A stretch of DNA of 64,000 nt from NCBI GenBank assembly GCA_963786955.1, contig CAWBAT010000008.1:96001-160000 (forward strand), read 5' to 3'. This stretch comes from an uncultured Acidimicrobiia bacterium. Its GTDB lineage: Bacteria; Acidobacteriota; Terriglobia; Versatilivoradales; Versatilivoraceae. Below the pieces are notes generated by a model. That model had not been told where the DNA came from. It saw only the letters and a program-made list of their open reading frames with translations, and searched no databases. Below are positions 9,061 to 20,419 of the stretch, one piece after another. The position numbers and the translations under genes were made by a program. Each line of letters opens with the position of its first letter. Position 1 is the stretch's first letter.

Positions 9061-10230
9061 TCACCAGTCGGCAACGGATCCATCTTTGTGAAACATTGCC
9101 ATGGTGATTTCCGGTTGAATGGGGTGTTTAGCGGCCTCTTTCTCGTTGACCTCAATCCCCAAGCCGGGAACTGTGGGTGGGTACGCAACCCCGCGCTCGA
9201 TGTGGACGGGATGATCGACAATATCATTCCTCCAGGGGACATCATTTCGGACTGCTTCCTGAATTAGATAATTGGGTGTGGCGAAGCCTAGATGCACGGA
9301 AGCTGCGGTGAGGATTGGTCCAGCCGGGTTGTGGCAGGCCACTGAAATTTGATAGGTCTCTGCCAACGCTGCAATTCGACGGGCCTCACTGATCCCGCCA
9401 CAATGTCCTACGTCGGGCTGGATAATGGCGCAGGCTCGTTTTTCGCAGACTTCTCGAAATCCCCACCGGCCGATCAATCTCTCTCCTGTTGCAATAGGGA
9501 AGGGAAGTGCTCGAGCTACCTCCACAAGCCCGTCGACATGCTCATGCCAGCAAGGTTCCTCGTACCAGTAAAGGTCGTAATCCACAAGCAGTCGTCCAAA
9601 CTGGATCGCCACGGCGGGGGTGGACCGGGCGTGCAGATCGATCATGATATCGACGTCATCTCCGACAGCTCGTCGCATCGCCTCCACGCAGCGGGCGGCT
9701 TTCTTAAGCGCCGGGGGGCTCTCGATCATTTCAAAAACCGGGATGGGCATCGACTTCACGGCGGTGAAGCCGTTGTCGAGGCTCTCCTGGATGAGGTCCG
9801 CAAATTGCTCGGGTTCAGTGGTCTGGTAAATCCCTTCGAATTTTCCACCGGCGAGATGATCATAAAAGCGCAGGGTATCGCGAACCGGCCCACCTAACAG
9901 CTCACAAACCGGTTTTCCTGCTTCTTTCCCCTTAATATCCCACAAAGCCTGATCGATACCACTCATCGCCGTGGAATTAACGATTCCGCCTCGCCAGAAA
10001 TATTGTCGGTGCATGACCTGCCAGAGATGTTCAATCCGCAGAGGATCCTGTCCAATCAGCAGCACGGCCAGATCTTCCAGAGCCCCCAGAACACCCTTGG
10101 TCTTCCACTCCAATGTGGCTTCACCCCAACCATAAAGTCCGGGCTGATTGGTCTCTACTTTCACGAATACCCAATTCCGCATTCGTGCATTGACACCCAC
10201 TGTTTTAATAGCGGTAATCTTTAATGTCAT
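9061..10230 (-). CDS. Galactonate dehydratase-like enolase-superfamily enzyme
   Basis: GWGEATLE, SGIDQALWDIKGK, metal ligands DLH / EEP / TGER, QPD, CHNP, C-terminal DGSVADW like DgoD. Confidence 0.88.
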   Translation of the reverse strand: MTLKITAIKTVGVNARMRNWVFVKVETNQPGLYGWGEATLEWKTKGVLGALEDLAVLLIGQDPLRIEHLWQVMHRQYFWRGGIVNSTAMSGIDQALWDIKGKEAGKPVCELLGGPVRDTLRFYDHLAGGKFEGIYQTTEPEQFADLIQESLDNGFTAVKSMPIPVFEMIESPPALKKAARCVEAMRRAVGDDVDIMIDLHARSTPAVAIQFGRLLVDYDLYWYEEPCWHEHVDGLVEVARALPFPIATGERLIGRWGFREVCEKRACAIIQPDVGHCGGISEARRIAALAETYQISVACHNPAGPILTAASVHLGFATPNYLIQEAVRNDVPWRNDIVDHPVHIERGVAYPPTVPGLGIEVNEKEAAKHPIQPEITMAMFHKDGSVADW

Positions 10231-10355
10231 CTTGAAGTCCCGTCAGGAATGATCCATTTAGAGAACCTGTTTCCCCCATTTACCCCTAGCCCCATCCGGG
10301 CGGCATATCAATTTCCGTAAAAGGTGGATTCTTTGCCGTAATAGACTCTTTTTTG

Positions 10356-11870
10356 TCATGAGGTCTTGGGGCGAGGAGGCCGCCGGCGGGGAGGTGGGCG
10401 CCGGGGAGTGCTGGGACCAGCCTTTGGCGTGATCTTTTCAGAATCACGATCTGGAGAAGAAGATTGAGATGAAGACGGCCGTGGAGCCACGCTTTTCTCG
10501 TTTGAGGAAATTGGTGGCATATCCGGTTCTTTAGGCTTTAAGGATTCGGTGTCCCCGATATTCGTTGGAGCTGCGTCACTCTTCGGCCCTCCAGCCTTCA
10601 ATGGCGATGGCCTGATTGATCTGTTGACGGGGCTATTTCTGCGGTAACGAGGGCGCGGGGCTCGTCGAGCCGGCACTTTAGGCCCAGTGACCACTTCTGC
10701 GGGTGCAGTACCCTCAGATTCCGTGAGGGGCAGGGTCGCAGGATCTCTTAATTCAACAGGAATTGGGGCTGGCTGCTCACGGCTGGCTGCTTCCATTTCG
10801 GGAGCTGTTTCGCTCGGATTCTCCGAGACAACAGATGCTCCAGGTAGAACAGCCGCCTCATCATTAGCGACGACGCCCTGGTCGTCTGTCGGAACGCCTG
10901 AGAGCGGTGATGCGGAGAGTGGAACAGACCGAAGAGCTCCGGCTGGCCGAAATGGAGTCCGACGTCCCCGCTCCCAGCGAGAGTGTCGTAAACGATCTCG
11001 ATGCTCCTGCTGGGGGGTTGCCTGGGCTGAAGCAGCGATTGCAGCCGTTTCAGAGGCTTGGGCGTTTTCTGCTGCCGCAGAAGTCATGGCGGCTTCCCGA
11101 TTAGCTACCTCGATTGGAAGCGTCACAATATAGCCTCCGCTTCTCTGGTCTTTCAGAAGTTTTAATAATTGGTTTTCGGCAGCGTCTTCCAATAAACGGG
11201 AAAATGTTGGGTATCCAAAGTAAGTTTCATTGAAAGACGGAAGCTTCCGGATCAAAGTCTGCTTGATCATGGATCCGTAGATGACTTCTTTCCCCTCACG
11301 CTGCAAGGCTTGGAAACTTTCCAGAACGAGTCGAATCGCTTCCGTCTTCTTAGGTGAAAGTTGGTGCAGTTGGGGATCCACCACCGGAATTGCCGCCGTC
11401 GGTCGAACCAGATCTTCATAAAAAATAAATTCATCACAATTATTGATCAAAAGATCCGATGAAGATTGCTTGACCCCGATACCGATGACATAGCGTCCGT
11501 TTTCTCGCAACTTGGAAACGAGCGGGGAAAAGTCGCTGTCGCCGGAAACGATCACGAACGTATCGATGTGCTCTTTCTGGTAGGCCATATCCATGGCGTC
11601 GACAACCATCCGGATATCGGCACTATTCTTGCCGCTATAGCGTGTTTGTGGAACATCGATCAATTCAATGGCCGCTTGATGAAAGGCTCTTTTGAAATCT
11701 GAATAGCGATGCCAGTCAGAATAGGCTCGTTTGACCAGGAGCTTTCCTTTTTCGACAAGTCGTTTCAGGACCAGATCAATGTCAAAATTTCCGTACTTGC
11801 TTTCCCGCACGCCCATAGCAACGTTTTCAAAGTCTATAAATACGGCGATGCTTTTTTCGTCATTTTGCAT
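10356..11870 (-). CDS. NYN (LabA/DUF88) domain protein with OST-HTH/LOTUS domain and long disordered tail
   Basis: FIDFEN, GKNSADIRMVVDA, VSGDSDFSPL; SFNETYFGYPTFSRLLE (LOTUS); AGGAG RBS before ATG at 11870. Confidence 0.9.
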   Translation of the reverse strand: MQNDEKSIAVFIDFENVAMGVRESKYGNFDIDLVLKRLVEKGKLLVKRAYSDWHRYSDFKRAFHQAAIELIDVPQTRYSGKNSADIRMVVDAMDMAYQKEHIDTFVIVSGDSDFSPLVSKLRENGRYVIGIGVKQSSSDLLINNCDEFIFYEDLVRPTAAIPVVDPQLHQLSPKKTEAIRLVLESFQALQREGKEVIYGSMIKQTLIRKLPSFNETYFGYPTFSRLLEDAAENQLLKLLKDQRSGGYIVTLPIEVANREAAMTSAAAENAQASETAAIAASAQATPQQEHRDRLRHSRWERGRRTPFRPAGALRSVPLSASPLSGVPTDDQGVVANDEAAVLPGASVVSENPSETAPEMEAASREQPAPIPVELRDPATLPLTESEGTAPAEVVTGPKVPARRAPRPRYRRNSPVNRSIRPSPLKAGGPKSDAAPTNIGDTESLKPKEPDMPPISSNEKSVAPRPSSSQSSSPDRDSEKITPKAGPSTPRRPPPRRRPPRPKTS

Positions 11871-12338
11871 ACAGACTCCTCGTATCCCCCTACTTAATCT
11901 TAGTCTAACTTCCTCGTGTGACGAATAAAATACCGTCATCTGCAGAATTAAACTCTATGAAACCAATTGTGCATTGTGTCATAGAGCTCCATCTATACAA
12001 AATGACTTTTCGAGGGTTGAGCAGGGAACGCATGGGAATAGCGGGGGAAGGAATTGGTGAATGGATCGCACAGTTGGAGTAAAGACGGCTTCTAAGACAA
12101 TGAAGCATTCAGTAAATTCCCTGGCTTCCCCACGACCCATGGAGAAGATGGGCCGGAGGCTTTTTTGGGCAAATCTGGTGCTGTATGTTAGCATTTACTT
12201 GCGTCGCTATTTAGATACACCGAAAGCGAGGGAATGACTTTCATTCTACATATATTGAGACTGCAATCTGAAATGCCATATCGAACAATCCCTATCAAGG
12301 GGTCTTTACCTGGGATCTCGCAACAACTGGGGGGGAAC

Positions 12339-13562
12339 TTGGTAAACAGTAGCGTGCCTCTATTAAGATTTACCATCCTGCTGATGGCTATTGGGGTACT
12401 CACTGCTTGTTCCGGCAATAAGACCAATGCAATATCGGAAGCGAATCCAGTTCCGGTCAGAATGGCCAGTGTGGTTCAGAAGGATGTGCCCGTCGAGGTC
12501 AGTGCCATCGGCAATGTGGAGGCCTATTCGACCGTTTCAGTGAAGTCCTTGGTCAGCGGCGAACTCATGAACGTGTTTTTCAAGGAAGGTCAGGAGTTAA
12601 AGAAAGGAGAAGTTATTTTCAAGATCGATTCCCGCCCTTTTGAAGCAGCGCTGAGACGCGCTGAGGGGAATCTGGCCAGAGATCAGGCTCAGGCAAAACA
12701 AGCTGAAGCCAACCTGGCCAAGGACACGGCTCAAGCTAAGAATGCTGAAACGCAGTCGAGTCGTTATGAGAATCTGTTCAAAGAGGGAGTGGTCGCCAAA
12801 GAAGTGTATGATCAATTTCGCACGAGCGCCGAATCCAATGATGCCATGCTTCAGGCGGATCGGGCCGCTATCGAGTATGCGGCAGCCACCATTCGTTCGG
12901 ACCGGGCGGCTATTGAGAATGCCAAACTGGATCTCGAAAACTGCACCATTCGCTCCCCTCTCGATGGACGAACAGGCAATTTGATCGTACATCAAGGAAA
13001 TATTATTAAGGCCAACGAGGTTCCACCTCTGGTCGTCATCAATCAGATTCAACCCATCTACGTCACGTTTTCGGTTCCCGAACAACATCTCACCGAGATT
13101 AAAAGGCGAAAGGCTGAAGGTAGTCTTACCGTGGCGGTGGCCGTTCCCAAATCGGAAGGGCATACCGTCGATGGAGTGCTGACTTTTATCGATAACACGG
13201 TAGACATGACAACGGGAACGATCCAGCTCAAAGGGACCTTTGCGAATCAGGAGAAACTCCTCTGGCCGGGGCAATTTGTCAATGTGATCTTAACGCTCAC
13301 TATCCGGCCAAACGCCCTTCTCGTCCCGACACAGGCGGTTCAGTCGGGACAGGGAGGGCAATATGTCTATGTCGTGAAACCGGATCTCAAAGTGGAATAT
13401 CGGCCCGTCAATGTTGGCTCGACAGTTCGAAACGAGATCATCGTTGAACAAGGTCTCACGGCTGGCGAAAATGTGGTGACAGACGGCCAGCTCCGCCTGA
13501 CTTCAGGGGCTCGAGTCGAGGTGAAGAAAGAGGTCGAGGCCAGCCAGGAGAAAAGTCGATGA
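12339..13562 (+). CDS. RND efflux periplasmic adaptor (MdtA-like)
   Basis: Lipobox LTAC; IRSPLDGRTG, FIDNTVDMTTGTIQLKG, LLWPGQFV, VVTDGQLRL; TTG start at 12339 inferred. Confidence 0.9.
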   Translation: MVNSSVPLLRFTILLMAIGVLTACSGNKTNAISEANPVPVRMASVVQKDVPVEVSAIGNVEAYSTVSVKSLVSGELMNVFFKEGQELKKGEVIFKIDSRPFEAALRRAEGNLARDQAQAKQAEANLAKDTAQAKNAETQSSRYENLFKEGVVAKEVYDQFRTSAESNDAMLQADRAAIEYAAATIRSDRAAIENAKLDLENCTIRSPLDGRTGNLIVHQGNIIKANEVPPLVVINQIQPIYVTFSVPEQHLTEIKRRKAEGSLTVAVAVPKSEGHTVDGVLTFIDNTVDMTTGTIQLKGTFANQEKLLWPGQFVNVILTLTIRPNALLVPTQAVQSGQGGQYVYVVKPDLKVEYRPVNVGSTVRNEIIVEQGLTAGENVVTDGQLRLTSGARVEVKKEVEASQEKSR

Positions 13563-16500
13563 GCATAGCGGAGATTTTTATCCGCAGGCCGGTGATGACG
13601 ACCCTGGTGATGCTGGCCATACTGCTCTTCGGCGTGATGGGTTACCGTCTGCTCCCAGTCAGTGACTTACCGAATGTCGATTTTCCCACCCTGCAGGTGA
13701 CTGCCAGCCTTCCCGGCGCCAGTCCGGAAACCATGGCGTCGTCGGTAGCGACTCCGCTCGAACGCCAGTTCTCGACCATAGCGGGCATAGACTCGATGAC
13801 CTCAACCAGTGCCCGGGGACTCACGAACATTACGATTCAATTTACCTTGAGCCGGAGCATCGATGCGGCTGCCCAGGACGTGCAGGCTGCCATCACTGCC
13901 GCTCAGCGGCAACTCCCTCCAGGGATGCCCAGCCCGCCCACCTATCAAAAAGTCAATCCGGCCGACCAACCTGTGATCTATTTGTCGTTGAATTCACAGA
14001 CGCTCCCCTCTCAACCGTTGACGAGTATGCGGAAACCATGATGGCTCAGCGCATATCGACCGTAAGCGGCGTGGCGCAGGTGGCCGTGTTAGGCGCGCAG
14101 AAGTTTGCGGTTCGCGCTCAAATGGATCCCCAACTCTTAGCCTCGCGGGGCATTGGGATTGACGAGGTGGAAAAGGCACTCCAACAAGGCAACGTGAATC
14201 TTCCGACCGGAACTCTCTATGGAAACCATCAAGCCTTCACGGTCGAAGCCAATGGACAACTGCTGGACGCGGATGCCTACCGCCCACTCATTGTGGCTTA
14301 TCGGAATGGCTCCCCGGTTCGCTTGGGGGAACTCGGGCGAGTGATTAACAGCGTTCAGAACGACAAAGTGGCGAGCTGGTTCAACCAAGCCCGCTCGATC
14401 ATCATGGCGGTCCAGCGCCAGCCGGGGACAAATACAGTCGAAGTGGTGGATTCTATCCGGAAGCTTTTGCCCGTATTCCGTCAGCAGATCCCGGCTAGCG
14501 TCAACCTGGATGTGCTTTATGATCGCTCTGAAACTATTCGGGCTTCTGTTAAGGATGTCAAATTTACCTTATTCCTGACTGTTTGCCTGGTGGTGATGGT
14601 GATTTTTCTTTTCTTGCGAAATCTCTCTGCCACAATCATCCCCAGTCTCGCGCTCCCGATGTCTATTGTCGGCACCTTTGCGGCCATGTATTTGCTGGGT
14701 TACAGCCTGGACAATCTTTCCTTGATGGCATTGACTCTCTCCGTAGGATTTGTGGTGGACGACGCCATTGTTATGCTGGAGAACATTGTTCGGCACATGG
14801 AATTGGGGGAAGGCGCGTACGAAGCTGCCTTGAAAGGGTCGAGAGAAATTGGGTTTACCATCTTATCCATGACCGTATCCTTGGCTGCCGTATTCATTCC
14901 CGTGTTGTTTATGGGCGGGCTGATTGGACGGTTGTTTCGGGAATTCGCGGTGACGATCGGGATTGCGATTCTCATCTCTGGTTTTGTCTCGCTCAGCCTC
15001 ACCCCGCTTCTTTGTAGTCGCTTTCTCCGACCACCCCGTGAGGAGCGGCATGGCCGCTTCTTTGCCGTGACCGAGCGGTTCTTTCAAGGGATGCTGGGAG
15101 TTTACGAATGGACCTTGCGACGGGTCGTCCACTATCGGCGGACGATGATGTTCGTTTCCTTCGTCCTTTTGGTGGCCACGGCTTATCTTTTTTTAGTTAT
15201 CCCCAAGGGATTTATCCCCAGTGAAGATACCGGACAGATGTTCGGTTTTACGGAAGCGGGCCAGGATATTTCTTTTGAAGAGATGAAGCGACACCAGCAG
15301 GCCGTTGCCGACGTTATTCGGGAAGATCCGAATGTCGATTCGTTTTCCTCCAGCATTGGGGCAAGTGGGCCCAATGCAACGGGAAATACCGGCCGAATCT
15401 TTGCCCGACTGAAACCACGCTCCGAAAGAAAACTCAGCCCGGATGAAGTGATTGAGGGGTTACGTCCCAAATTGGAGAAGATTCCAGGCATCCGCGTCTA
15501 CTTGCAGAACCCCCCTCCGATTCGGATTGGAGGACAGCTCACCAAGAGTCTCTACCAGTTTACCCTCCAGGGGTCGGATACCACTGAACTGTACCGCTAT
15601 GCGCCTCTCATCGAGTCAAAGTTTCGCGCGCTGCCAGGCCTCCAGGATGTCACCAGTGATCTTCAGATCGCCAGCCCACAGGTGTTTGTAGAAATTGACC
15701 GGGACAAGGCTTCAGCGCTTGGGGTGAACGCCACCCAAATCGAAAATGCTCTTTACGATGCTTATGGTTCCCGGCAGGTCTCAACGATTTACACGGCCAC
15801 GAATGAGTACTGGGTCATCCTGGAGTTGGAGCCTCAATATCAGAGGGATCCCTTCGCCCTTTCGCTGCTCTACATTCGCTCAGCCACAGGGCAGCTCGTC
15901 CCATTGAGCGCTGTGGCCAAGCTGACACGCAGCGTAGGGCCCCTGACCGTGACTCATCTGGGCCAGCTGCCTTCGGTTACCATTTCTTTTAACCTCAAGC
16001 CCGGTGTCGCTTTGGGAGATGCGGTGAATCAGATTGAAGAGTTTGTGAAAATGGATCTGCCCGCCTCCATCAGTACGAGCTTTCAAGGATTCGCTCAAGC
16101 TTTTCAGTCTTCGATGCAGGGTCTCGGGCTCTTGTTGCTCATGGCCATCCTGGTCATTTACATGGTGCTCGGCATCCTTTACGAGAGCTTTATCCATCCG
16201 ATCACCATTCTCTCAGGCCTCCCTTCGGCTGGATTCGGAGCTCTTGTGACGTTGATGATCTTTCACACCGACCTGAACATCTATGCCTTTGTGGGGATCA
16301 TCATGCTGGTCGGTATCGTCAAGAAAAACGCCATCATGATGATTGACTTTGCCCTGGACGCGCAAAGAACCGAGGGGAAGAGCCCGGCCGATGCCATTTT
16401 TGAAGCTTGCCTGGTGCGGTTTCGTCCGATCATGATGACTACGATGGCTGCGTTGACGGGCACCTTGCCGATTGCTCTCGGATATGGTGCAGGGGCGGAA

Positions 16501-16671
16501 GCGCGCCGTCCCCTGGGCCTGGCTGTCGTCGGAGGTTTGGTGGTTTCTCAACTGCTGACACTCTACATCACGCCGGTCTTTTATTTGTATATGGAATCGT
16601 TCCGAGAAAAGGTTAGCCGTTTCAGAGCACGACACCGGAAAGTAGATCCAGTTCAAGTCGTGGAGGGTTGA
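13559..16671 (+). CDS. RND efflux permease (MdtB/MdtC-like), split by a -1 frameshift at ~14005-14008
   Basis: FIRRPVMTTL start, GFVVDDAIVMLENI, GIVKKNAIMM, RFRPIMMTT; adding one C to the C4 run joins the two ORFs as TLPLSTVDEYAETMMAQRIS. Confidence 0.88.
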
Positions 16672-16711
16672 ACTCTTGGAGACGCAGAGCTCTCGACACC
16701 ACGTTGAGGTG

Positions 16712-16814
16712 GAGCGTGCGCGTGGGACCGCCGTCCCCCCGCGCACGCTTAATGAACGCGCGACGGAGCGCGCGTCCCACCATTGATTGCCGGCCTCGTG
16801 AAACTCGGCCCTCC
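16712..16814. repeat. REP cluster between convergent genes
   Basis: GCGTGCGCGTGGGACCGCCGTCCCCCCGCGCACGC hairpin, ACGCGCGACGGAGCGCGCGTCCCACC, and a family A copy at 16790-16814. Confidence 0.65.
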
Positions 16815-16841
16815 TGACCCAATGAAGTGCCGCCGATGTCC

Positions 16842-17480
16842 TCATGGCGACAGTCGCTCAATTCGCCATGAACCATCAGGCTGGAGGGTATATCGTAGAC
16901 GGTCATGCAGCCGATTCGGACGGCCTTGCCAGAATTCAATTGTCTCCGGCGAAAGCAATAGCCCACCCCAAAAGGCTGGCATCGGGATGGATTTCCCTTC
17001 GAACTGAAATTCGAGCTCTTTGATGCGGCTCTCCAAGAATTCTGGTGTACCGATCACGTCGCTCTGATGAGACGCCCAGGCTCCCAGTTGGCTGCCTGTG
17101 GGGCGACTGTGAAAATACTCTTCGGACCCCTCTCGGGGAATCCGGCTCACTCTTCCAGTGATGCGCACCTGCCGTTCCAGTTCCGCCCAGAAGAAAACCA
17201 TTGCGGCGTAAGGATTCTCGTCGAGTTCCCGGCCTTTTCTGCTCTCATAGTTCGTGAAAAAGACAAATCCCTTCTCATCGAAATCTTTTAAAAGCATGAT
17301 TCTTGCCGATGGTTTACCCTCACGACTTGATGTGGCCAGCGTCATTGCAGTCGCATCCAAGAGCTCAGCCGAGAGAGCTTGCTCGAACCATCTCCCAAAC
17401 TGCTTGAATGGACTTGGATCCAGGTCTCGCTCATGGAGACCGGTCAGGGTATATTCTCGGCGAAGATCAGAAATAGACAT
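16842..17480 (-). CDS. pdxH: Pyridoxamine 5'-phosphate oxidase
   Basis: DLRREY, FFTNYESRKG, SQLGAWASHQS, EFWQGRPNRLHDR, ERLSP. Confidence 0.97.
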   Translation of the reverse strand: MSISDLRREYTLTGLHERDLDPSPFKQFGRWFEQALSAELLDATAMTLATSSREGKPSARIMLLKDFDEKGFVFFTNYESRKGRELDENPYAAMVFFWAELERQVRITGRVSRIPREGSEEYFHSRPTGSQLGAWASHQSDVIGTPEFLESRIKELEFQFEGKSIPMPAFWGGLLLSPETIEFWQGRPNRLHDRLRYTLQPDGSWRIERLSP

Positions 17481-17518
17481 TGTTTTTCCACTCCAGACAG
17501 AGAGATTTGATCCTCATT

Positions 17519-17587
17519 GTAGGGGCAAAGCATTTTTCGGTAGCGAATAATTCTCTTTCGCTCTACTTTGGCAAATGCTTTGCCCTG
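17519..17587. repeat. GTAG-type REP hairpin
   Basis: GTAGGGGCAAAGCATTT...AAATGCTTTGCCCTG with inner GTAGCGAA...TTCGCTCTAC. Confidence 0.65.
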
Positions 17588-17617
17588 TGGCATAAAAGAA
17601 AGAGCTGCCTAATCGCT

Positions 17618-17686
17618 TGTAGGGAACGCTCGCTGCAGCATTCCGTTTTCATTTAACAAGGAACGGAACGGCGTCCGTTCCCTACA
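17618..17686. repeat. GTAG-type REPIN (inverted relative of 27202-27300)
   Basis: TGTAGGGAACGCTCGC...AAGGAACGGAACGGCGTCCGTTCCCTACA; the right arm reverse-complements to 27202-27230 with 2 mismatches. Confidence 0.75.
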
Positions 17687-17745
17687 ATGTTCCTTGTCGC
17701 TTCAACCCTATGCCTGACCAATAGGCAATCGGCAATTAACCAAAC

Positions 17746-20223
17746 TCATTCCCAGGCGGCTGTCACCTGCCCGTCCTTTTGCTGCCAGTAGGGGGCCCAC
17801 GCCAGCGCCACTAGGCTGACGGAGATATTGGTCTTTTTTGGTTTTACGATGACTGTCTCCAAAGTCTCTGTCATTGAATCAACCTTGGATTCCAGGGCCG
17901 CGGTTTCCTGCTGGAGCTGAGATTCCAGGTCTGCCAACTGTTGCTGCAATGCTTCTGCCGTCTCACCGGCACGTGCCACGTCCTGGGATTCCTTCATCGA
18001 GCGACTCACTCCGCGCGCAGCCGTGGTAGCCCTACCTAGTGTCGAAGCACTGATGGCCTTTCTTCCCAAGAAAGCCCCAAGCAAGGTTGTTCCGAAGGAG
18101 ATGGCGGTCTGGATTTTTTGCGCTTGAGCTTGCTGTGCTTCTCGCTCGACGGCTTGCTGGGCGCGTCGAATCCGGTCTTGCAGCGCGGCCAGCTTCGGTG
18201 CGTATTGTTGCCGCAGTTGTTCAACCCGGCTATCCCGTTCCTCCCGGGCTGTCTGTTGAAGTCGAATTCGAAAATCACGCTCAGATTCTCCGGGTTTCGA
18301 GATTTGGCTGAGATTCGAACTACGAAACATTTCCAGTTTCTGAGTGCGATAAAGCGCATCAGCTAAGGAACGTTTCCAAGAATCCAAACCCTTCACTTTT
18401 GTGACGGCAGTGGAAAGGGATGCAAAGGTGGCGGCGGCATTAGGTTCCTTTTCCAAATCTGAATCCGCCAAATCGACCGCGGGGGCTTCTCCCCAATCGA
18501 CGGCGACAGCCTGGTCCGTGATGGGCGCCAGAACGGCAACAGTCTGCTCTTCGTCGATTTTTGCCTTGGCATCGACAAAGTAGACTTTCGCGCTCCCAAA
18601 CGCCATGGGTTGGTACAAAAGACGGCTTCCCGTTGGTTGAGCTGCCCGAAGTGGGATAAAGAGTTGAATAATCTCCGGAGGGAGCACCGGTCGCTGAGCG
18701 GATAATCCCGAAGGAGGGTCAGAAATTGGCGCTGCGGGTGCAGCCGCATCAGTTGCCGCTGAAGCCAAAGGAGCCGCCGTCGCCGATCCGGTTTGCGATT
18801 GGGTTCCCTTCTTCTTGGTTTCCATGAGAGATTTTATTTGGTCGCGAGTGAGCGGTCCTCTTAAATAAGAAAGCGCCCAACGGGACTCAAATACCTCGGG
18901 AGCATCTTCATGAACGTTGTTCATCAGAAAAATTCGGTTGCCCAAACCGGCCAGGGTTTCCTCCATCTGCTTTCGGTTAAACCTCGTGCCAGTGATGGCG
19001 GCGGCGCCTTCAAGTCCTTCCATCAAGCGGCCCTTGTCCCGTTCAGTCTGCAGCCGGCCGATAAACCAGGTTCCGGCATTGGCGAGCCCTTTGTAGTCGA
19101 GATCGACAGGATTCTGGGTTGCCAGCACAACTCCGAGTCCATAGGCACGTGCTTGCTTCAAGAGTGTTAAGAAGGGGGCTTTTGAGGGTGGGTTCGCGAC
19201 CGGTGGGAAATAGCCCATAATTTCATCCATATAGAGCAAAGCCCGCAAGCTGGTTGTGCCGGATTGGGTGCGCATCCAGGTCACGACTTGATTTAGCAGG
19301 ATGGAAACAAAAAACATTCGCTCGCTGTCGCTCAGATGGGAAATGGAAAAAATGGAGACCCGGGGTTTTCCGGTGGCGGTGTAGAGGAAAGATTGAACAT
19401 CCAGAGGCTCTCCTTCCATCCAGGTCTCAAATCCTGGTGCCGCCAAGAGGTTATTCAGTTGCATGGCCAACTCAAAACGATCTTTTGAAGAATAGAAAGA
19501 TTCGAGTTCCAGAACGCCCACTTTGTTTATTGGCGGGGTCTGGATCTGTTGAATCAAGGCAGCCAAGTCTAGTTTCTGAGCCTGTTTCCAGGCATGGTTG
19601 AGGATTGTAGAGATGAGAATATGTTCACGACTCTGGAGAGGGTCGGCCTGGATGCCCAGCAATCCCAAAAAACCAGTCACCGTCGTACTGATCCGCTCTC
19701 GCAATAGCTCTTTATCCTCGAGAATACTGTTAGGTGGTGCTTCTAATGAGTTCAAAACGGAGACAGGGAATCCGGCTGTGCTTCCCGGAGTGAAAATGGT
19801 GAAATCGGCTGCCTCCTTTAACCTCTGAATCCGCTCTTGTGATTGTCCCCACTCCGCCAGCCCTTTTTTCCACATATCAGCTTGCTGCTGGGCAAAATCC
19901 AGCGTCGACAACCCTTTCCTTTGGGCGTCTTCAGCGTTAATCCAGGGTTCCAGATCTTCGCCTCTGAGTTGCGGAAAAGTGAGCAATAAATTGCTGAGGT
20001 CTCCCTTGGGATCGATCACGATAGCGGGAATGTTGTCGATAGCGGCCTCTTCGAGTAGCGCGAGACACAATCCGGTTTTCCCGCTCCCTGTCATGCCCAC
20101 GCATACTGCGTGAGTAACGAGGTCTTTGGAATCATAGAGTAGGAGACCTTCCAGGCGTTTCTTACTTCTCAAGTCGTAAGGGTTTCCCAAGTAGAAAGCG
20201 CCTAGTTTTTCAAAATCTTGCAT
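17746..20223 (-). CDS. HerA/FtsK-like P-loop ATPase (DUF87-like) with C-terminal coiled coil
   Basis: Walker A GMTGSGKT, IDPKGD, Walker B LLYMDE, LATQNPVDLDYK; AAGGAG RBS before ATG at 20223. Confidence 0.85.
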   Translation of the reverse strand: MQDFEKLGAFYLGNPYDLRSKKRLEGLLLYDSKDLVTHAVCVGMTGSGKTGLCLALLEEAAIDNIPAIVIDPKGDLSNLLLTFPQLRGEDLEPWINAEDAQRKGLSTLDFAQQQADMWKKGLAEWGQSQERIQRLKEAADFTIFTPGSTAGFPVSVLNSLEAPPNSILEDKELLRERISTTVTGFLGLLGIQADPLQSREHILISTILNHAWKQAQKLDLAALIQQIQTPPINKVGVLELESFYSSKDRFELAMQLNNLLAAPGFETWMEGEPLDVQSFLYTATGKPRVSIFSISHLSDSERMFFVSILLNQVVTWMRTQSGTTSLRALLYMDEIMGYFPPVANPPSKAPFLTLLKQARAYGLGVVLATQNPVDLDYKGLANAGTWFIGRLQTERDKGRLMEGLEGAAAITGTRFNRKQMEETLAGLGNRIFLMNNVHEDAPEVFESRWALSYLRGPLTRDQIKSLMETKKKGTQSQTGSATAAPLASAATDAAAPAAPISDPPSGLSAQRPVLPPEIIQLFIPLRAAQPTGSRLLYQPMAFGSAKVYFVDAKAKIDEEQTVAVLAPITDQAVAVDWGEAPAVDLADSDLEKEPNAAATFASLSTAVTKVKGLDSWKRSLADALYRTQKLEMFRSSNLSQISKPGESERDFRIRLQQTAREERDSRVEQLRQQYAPKLAALQDRIRRAQQAVEREAQQAQAQKIQTAISFGTTLLGAFLGRKAISASTLGRATTAARGVSRSMKESQDVARAGETAEALQQQLADLESQLQQETAALESKVDSMTETLETVIVKPKKTNISVSLVALAWAPYWQQKDGQVTAAWE

Positions 20224-20419
20224 AAGTCCGAATCTCCTTTTCCGCCGCTCACGAGTGCATCTACTTACAGGCCAACAATTAATTTTATTCACAAGTCTAA
20301 TGGTTGGGAATGAATAAAATTTGCAGGAGCAGGAATTGTTACTTACGATGTTATCCTGAGTATGTGAGGCAGAGCATTCGCTAAATAAAGATGGAATGGG
20401 TTTTGTGACCAAAAAACCC

